Part shown: one piece after another, positions 57,480 through 64,000 of the stretch
How positions within the stretch are numbered: position 1 is the stretch's first letter
Layout of the letters: every line of letters starts with the position of its first letter
Assembly (NCBI GenBank): GCA_002269645.1
Contig: NIVC01000083.1
Coordinates: forward strand, 1 to 64,000
DNA: 64,000 nt
Direction of reading: 5' to 3'
Origin: Macrostomum lignano
Lineage: Eukaryota
The notes under the pieces: generated by a model
Told to the model about the DNA's origin: nothing
The model's input: only the letters and a program-made list of their open reading frames with translations
The model's database searches: none
Made by a program: the position numbers and the translations under genes

Positions 57480-59018
57480 GCTGCTTTGTACTTTATCTCT
57501 TTACTTAAGCTTCAGTAGGTTTCCTACCAAGCGTAGCTGTTATATTCTTGTATTGGTCCTTGGTATTCCGGCGATCTCGGAATTACGTGAAACTACCGTC
57601 GATGATTGTCTATGGTTAAGAGGCCCTAAATCTGCAGCGGACTTCCGTTGATATTCCCAATGTTCTAGGGATATACCAAACACTCTTAATGAATTCAAGC
57701 CTATGCCATTACAAGCACTAAAGTGATTTTACTTCGCAGTCCTTGAAATCGGGTTACAGACATACGAAATGCTTTCCTATGAGTTAGAGTAACCCAATTG
57801 GCAAAAAATTGAGTGATAAGCTAGTCCACTCAACAAAATTATCTTGCCATGCCTACTTAAAAGTAGCAATGGTCGTATGGCTTAACAATATAAGGCATCC
57901 CTGAGGTATTTAAGTTCATTTTTGGTGTCCCTATCCTGTACAGCAGTCCGAAATGTGGTGCGCATCGAAATGTTGCATGGGTAAAGTCCTACAATATTTC
58001 GACGTACGCTCGTACATGAACTAGCTACTTTGAAAGTTCCGTATTTTTGCATTCTCCCGAGCAATCCAATTATTGATATAACTTAGATATGAAAGAGAAG
58101 AAAGAATTGACTCCAAAAAATATAAGCACCAGGAATTCGTGAGTTAGGAGACTGGCCATGATTCCAAAGCACAACAACGTTTCTCTCCTTCGACAACAAC
58201 AGTGTAGTCCTCATCTAAAAGACGCAATCTCTATTTAAAAAGAGACAATCTCTATTGTTTTAGACCATTGTAGTGTATTCACTATATTATAAGTATTGTA
58301 GCGTATTTCTATTTTCTATAATATTCTATAACATGCTTCTTCAACTAAACAACGCGCGTATACGGTATAAGATGGCGTACAGTAAGTATACAATTACTTA
58401 TATTCTAGAAACTTCCGCGTAAACACGCACTTTCTATATTTTGGTATTTTGAACTCCCGCGCACCCCTTTCTAAAAACCGCTTCTCGAACTTTTCGGATT
58501 CCGGAATGTTCTATCAACACGTATATAAATATACAGCACCCTAACACGCAGTTACTTAAGTCTCTCTATTCTTTTCCACACGGAAAACAATCAAAGAAAA
58601 TTAAAGCAAACGAACCACCGCGTTTCACGCCTCAATTATTTACGTAATTGTACACCATATATTACACTACCCCATTTTGCACGTTCGTGCTTCTGTGAGG
58701 TGGCAAAGCAGTCAAGCGCAGTTTAATTAGCAATTCCCTCAGTACTCTATATTAGCGCTACAAAAAAATAAAGTCCGATCGCTACAGACTTGGCTCCTTT
58801 GTTTTTTTTTCAAACCTGTCCCGAAACTTCTGCCAAACAATTTGATTAACAGTAGGAATAAAAATAACAAGCCATTTTTCTGCCCGTACAACTGGAAAGC
58901 GGAGGGGTGGGGGAATTCTACCTGCTTCCCCTCTCGGTAGTTCTACTGTCCAAGAACGTTAGTACTTTTAAGAAATTGAAGTACTTAGGGTTGTCTCGGG
59001 GTGACCTGGTAGGTCTTT

Positions 59019-59038
59019 GAATCCCACCGCTGCCACCA
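59019..59038 (-). other. Primer-binding site complementary to the 3' end of a tRNA-Leu
   Basis: Minus strand TGGTGGCAGCGGTGGGATTC, 1 nt after the LTR end; the plus strand reads GAATCCCACCGCTGCCACCA, a tRNA-Leu-type 3' end including CCA. Confidence 0.8.
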
Positions 59039-59039
59039 G

Positions 59040-60024
59040 TGTTATACCTGTGCTTCTCCTGCTGTCCAGCACAGTGTTTTGGGCTCGCCGTCTTCTCACT
59101 CGGAAGCCTTCTTAACTCTCAGTAGCGTAGGTAGTGCTGCCACTAGTTCCTTCAGGTCTCAGGCTTCGATGAGGTGAGCTTCCCGTCGGAACGAAATAAC
59201 AAACTCAACGAACTCAGCACAACGTGCAAATTTGCAGCTCAACGTACAGGGTGTCTCGTCAGCAGCACCTGCTGGGCTTGGTTGGCGGATGGTAGGGCTG
59301 TGATAGCCTCTCGTAGGCTCGGGGTTGGCTTTAGTAGAGTGTCAGTCAGTAGGGAACTCAATGTATTCAGACAGAGAACGGACGTTCAAACTCAGACTCA
59401 GAACTCGGAAACGGTTAACAGCGAACAGCGCCAACAAACACTCTGACAAGGATCCTTGACGGAAACAAGGGGAGAGGGGTCCTATTTATAGCCGCGCTCA
59501 CCAGACCTCGTGACTTGTTCTATTTTTAGAACTGACGTCACTTGAGGTCTCCGGGTAGAGTGCGCCAGGCTGTAACTCAGTATCTATTTTTAGAACTGAC
59601 GTCACCCTCTGCCTTACAGAAGGCAGGGTCCGCGGGCAAAGTGCCTCATGACTCAGTATCTATTTTTAGAAACATAAGTCACCCTTTACCTTAGAGAAGG
59701 CAAGACCCCTGAGGCACGTGATTCACCCGTAAACAGGACCAGTGAGTGCAGTAAACATGTTTACCGCACTTTATGACTCCAAGAAAACAAGGCTTGTCAT
59801 GTGACTTGCTCACATGACAAGGGAAAAGGGGACGGGAGCGAAGCAAGGACAGCCCACAGCAGAGAAGCTGAGGGCTGAGAACCGGAGCACAGAAAACGAG
59901 CAGCAAAAGGGGAGAGGGCGGCAAACAGACGGACAAGGGGAGGCGGGAAGCTGACCAGCGGCAGACAGCAACCCAGGGGGAGGGCGCGGGCGGGGGAAAC
60001 TGCTGACAATGGTGACGCCTAACA
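59040..60024 (-). mobile_element. 5' LTR (985 bp) of an LTR retrotransposon
   Basis: TGTTA...TAACA termini, TATA GCTATAAATAG (~59482-59493, minus), three ~65-bp enhancer-like repeats, two of them with TGACGTCA, and an adjacent PBS. Confidence 0.82.
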
Positions 60025-60344
60025 TTAAACTAGCGGCTCACTACAAAAGCAATGCAGAGGTTCCAGTACGAGCGTATGCTATCTGTAGCTTTCCATGTCT
60101 GGGGCAGCTATCTCGTGGTCGTATAGTTGGTTTGACAAAAGCACAATACAAATTAGGATAAGCCTGACTGCTTCTTCGACTCTTTAAAAACGTTGAGACT
60201 AGCACCTACCCCCGCGAGACAGCCCCGCTGTAGACGTATATAATAGCTCGACCCTTGCTTCTGTTTGAAATTCAGTTGTCATTTTAGCGTTTGCAAGAAA
60301 GAGCAGCTCTCTTCAGCGGCAAAGTAGTAAGTTTATCTGCAGAT

Positions 60345-60640
<296 letters not shown>

Positions 60641-60700
60641 TAGTATCAGTTAATATATGTTCAATCTCACGCAGGCGGTAGTCTTAGTCAAAGGCTATCA

Positions 60701-62412
60701 ATGGCGGGTGTTCTAGTGGAGGCCATCACCTCCAGTACAGCGCACGGCATTCAGCCGAGCGGCTGCCACCCGCTGCAAAACAGTCCGCGTGATGTGGATT
60801 CTGCTGTTCGTCATCTGCATGGGCATGTTTTTCAACAGCGGCATTAGTTCTGGTGCTCAAACTCAGACAGAACAAGCTGACGAAAGAGTACCACTTGGAT
60901 CAGGTACCGTTTGTGTTTCCGGACCTGTACTTCTGCCCGAGCAGCCCCTTCTCTGGCAGCTTCCCGTTCACGCTGACAAAATCAGAGGCCGACCTGCTAG
61001 ATGCTGAAGTGCAGCGGCTTATCGATGTTGTTGATAGGCTTTTTGGCTACAAATCAAAACCCAAATTCGCACCTGTGCGGGCATTTCTCTTGACATACGG
61101 TGTGCAGTTGGCATTTCCTCATCACCTGCTGAAAAGGTATCTTCTGGTGAAAAAGCAGCAAGCGATTCTGGGAGCCACAGTTGGCCAAGGCACTCGCGGT
61201 AAAAACGTTGAAATGAAGACAGTCGACAGCCCCAAGAACGTGATATGCTTTCAGCCGATTCTGAGTGACGAGCACAAACAGATGTTGGTCAACTGCAGTG
61301 ACGTACTTGAGATCCATCTAATGACGGACCCGTATTTCCCGGATTTTAACTTTTCTGGCTACTCTATGCGGCCGATTTCTGACGAGCAGAATAAATCTTA
61401 TTCCTTCCTGGATTGGCACCCAGTTAAGATAATTAACCAGTTAAAAGCTTCCGGCTTCTCCATGCTAATCGTCCCTCCAGGTGCTTATCCGTCGCTAAGA
61501 TACGAGAATAATTTCCTCATGGCACCTGGCAACGAGTATATAGTGAAGCTGAGCATGCTGGAGAACTCCTGCAGTGAGGACCTTTACAACACGCACTGCC
61601 GTAGCGACCGATCGCCAGTGGTCTTCGCCAAACCACTGACTCGAAGGCGAGAAGAATTCAACTACAGCACTGCCGCCTGACTCAACGAACAAATTAACAG
61701 AATTTTGATTGACAGGCTCGCAGCTGCCACGCCAATATGCCGCACCCGTTGCCATGGCGATACCGGGACGCTCCCCGATGTGAGAACGCCTCAGAAATGA
61801 CTAAAGCTGGCTATGAAACGTTCCTCACTGGAAGCTACGGTCTGCGAGAATACCGTACGGTCTACGGTCCGGAGCACAGCGCCAGCTTCTATATTCAGCA
61901 AGTGGCCCGGGCTCGGCAGCTCAACCGCGAAATTCTTTGCAGATTTCGAAAATCACGAATACTTGACCGGTTTCACCCAAGTTAGCAAGGAATTGGCGCC
62001 TGCGCTTCACCAGCTGATTGACACTGCAAAGCAGGTCGATAGCGGCAGTCACTCCGCTCACCTGGAAGGCGTCTTTCGCACCTACGTGGCTGAGTCCACG
62101 CTCAATGTCAAGATATGCGTAGCATCCATCAAGTCGTCTCAGATCATGCTCACCTGGGCCTACACGTTCACGAATTTCCTGGCTGACACGGGCGGCCTGC
62201 TGGGCCTGTACATTGGCTGCAGTGTGCTCACCTTGTTCGAGCTGATCGAAATCTTTCATCACTGTGTGCTAACGCTAATCTTGCTCCAGCGAAAATCCAA
62301 AGCAAGACGCTCAAATGCAGCCGGAGAATCTGAAGATGAAGCTGAGGAAATGAAGGTCATGACGCGTCCTGAAAATAGACTATCTGATTCTCTTGATTCA
62401 GGCTCTTCTTAA
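60701..62412 (+). pseudogene. Intronless DEG/ENaC (ASIC/FaNaC-like) channel with four frameshifts and one nonsense codon
   Basis: STAHGI (HG motif), TM1 WILLFVICMG, FPDLYFC, YSTAA* (expected C), CSC, KWP, TM2 FLADTGGLLGLYIGCSVLTLFELIE. Pieces lie in successive different frames. Confidence 0.88.
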
Positions 62413-62444
62413 TCGGGTCACCGAGGGATGAGATAGTGACGTAC

Positions 62445-62682
62445 ATGTAAACCCGGGCTGCATGAAAACGCCTGTGCAACCCCTGGGCTTTGGTGCTGAA
62501 AGGTACAGCCACCAGGCCTCGTCCCCTAGACTTTGTCTGCCTCTGGATGGTGCGGTAGCTGACGTTGTGATTAAGATCCCTTTATCTAGTAGAGAGGGGG
62601 CCCCCCGAGTTGTTTAGAGGTACACCAGAGGCGCGGCCGCCACCAGTCACCTGTGCAAGAGTGCACCCGGTAAACACTCCCA
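62445..62682. repeat. Dispersed repeat, copy 2 (homologous to 54625-54850)
   Basis: Shared blocks as listed for copy 1. Confidence 0.8.
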
Positions 62683-63164
62683 CAAACGAAACGTCAAATT
62701 TCGTTTTTCACAAAAATGCTTCACACACCAGAAATAGAGTCGTTTAAGTGGCGTGCATGAACAGTGTATTTCTTCATAGCATATGCTTGTACTAATAACT
62801 GTGTACACAAACTTGAAGTATATTTTTTAACCCGTTTAAGACTTTCGATTTTCTAGATTTTGTTCTTTGCTGAGCTTTATTAGAAAATGTAAATTTTAAT
62901 TAATCCTGATAACTAAATATTTTCTAAAATTAAGCACTTACTCGTATTGGATAATTTATATATCAATGGTTCATGCTTCTTAAAGCAAGTTGTAGCAGCA
63001 GATAGTGTGACAGCACAGCCAAATAAATGTCCCTGTCTTGCCATCGCCAAAATCTTCTCATAGTATCATTTCTTAATTGTGAGAAAGGTTTTACATTTTT
63101 TGGAGTCAATGCACAACGTACTGATAGCAATACTTGGGGTTGGTGAGAGAAGATCGTGACATTA

Positions 63165-64000
63165 ACTGGGGAGCAGGGGTTGGTCACAGAAGAATGTACA
63201 TTAACTATTGGAGCAGGGGGTTGGTCACAGAAGAATGTACATTAACTAGGGGAGCAGGGGGTTGGTCACAGAAGAATATACATTAACTAGGGGAGCAGGG
63301 GGTTGGCCATAGAAGAATATACATTAACTGGGGGAGCAGGGGGTTGGCCACAGAAGAGTGTACATTAACTGGGGAGCAGGGGTTGGCCATAGAAGAGTGT
63401 ACATTAACTGGGGGAGCAGGGGGTTGGCCACAGAAGAGTGTACATTAACTGGGGGAGCAGGGGGTTGGCCATAGAAGAGTGTACATTAACTGGGGGAGCA
63501 GGGGGTTGGCCACAGAAGAGTGTACATTAACTGGGGGAGCAGGGGGTTGGCCATAGAAGAGTGTACATTAACTGGGGGAGCAGGGGGTTGGCCACAGAAG
63601 AGTGTACATTAACTGGGGCAGCAGGGGGTTGGCCATAGAAGAGTGTACATTAACTGGGGGAGCAGGGGGTTGGCCATAGAAGACTGTACATTAACTGGGG
63701 GAGCAGGGGGTTGGCCACAGAAGAGTGTACATTAACTGGGGGAGCAGGGGGTTGGCCACAGAAGAGTGTACATTAACTGGGGCAGCAGGGGGTTGGCCAT
63801 AGAAGAGTGTACATTAACTGGGGGAGCAGGGGGTTGGCCATAGAAGAGTGTACATTAACTGGGGGAGCAGGGGGTTGGCCACAGAAGAGTGTACATTAAC
63901 TGGGGCAGCAGGGGGTTGGCCATAGAAGAGTGTACATTAACTGGGGGAGCAGGGGGTTGGCCATAGAAGAGTGTACATTAACTGGGGGAGCAGGGGGTTG
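63165..64000. repeat. Minisatellite, 41-bp unit AAGAGTGTACATTAACTGGGGGAGCAGGGGGTTGGCCA(T/C)AG, runs off the right edge
   Basis: Tandem units, largely alternating CATAG/CACAG variants. Confidence 0.96.

Noticed and set aside
59019-59038. tRNA-Leu gene
   Set aside because: Only the 3' 20 nt including CCA are present, directly beside an LTR end; it is a primer-binding site.

Overview
This is eukaryotic animal DNA, not prokaryotic. It has GT-AG introns, many minisatellites and nested transposons. The style suggests a trans-splicing flatworm such as Macrostomum, but that is an inference. A minus-strand run of four co-oriented genes occupies 1-31.7 kb: TTC4/Cns1 (4 exons, with a 13.4 kb intron full of transposons), intronless PTPMT1, PIGZ/SMP3 (3 exons), and an unidentified gene that runs off the left edge. 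The cluster looks like a spliced-leader (SL) trans-spliced operon. PIGZ has a full-length frame that starts in phase 0 at a splice acceptor with no genomic ATG. On the plus strand lie LACTB2 (4 exons, 42.3-46.5 kb) and a frameshifted intronless DEG/ENaC pseudogene (60.7-62.4 kb). There are two orphan coding units: a 3-exon 228-aa gene and a 195-aa ORF downstream of an LTR and primer-binding site. Mobile elements include a hAT element with a perfect 8-bp TSD, a decayed EnSpm/CACTA-type transposase, two 2.2-2.4 kb solo LTRs of one family, a foldback element with about 0.85 kb arms and a PHD ORF, a Tc1-like element, a mariner relic, MITEs, a tRNA-headed SINE and an RTE fragment. About 20 unrelated tandem-repeat arrays account for most long ORFs in the ORF track and for most intron length. 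All protein assignments come from recalled family motifs; no database searches were run.
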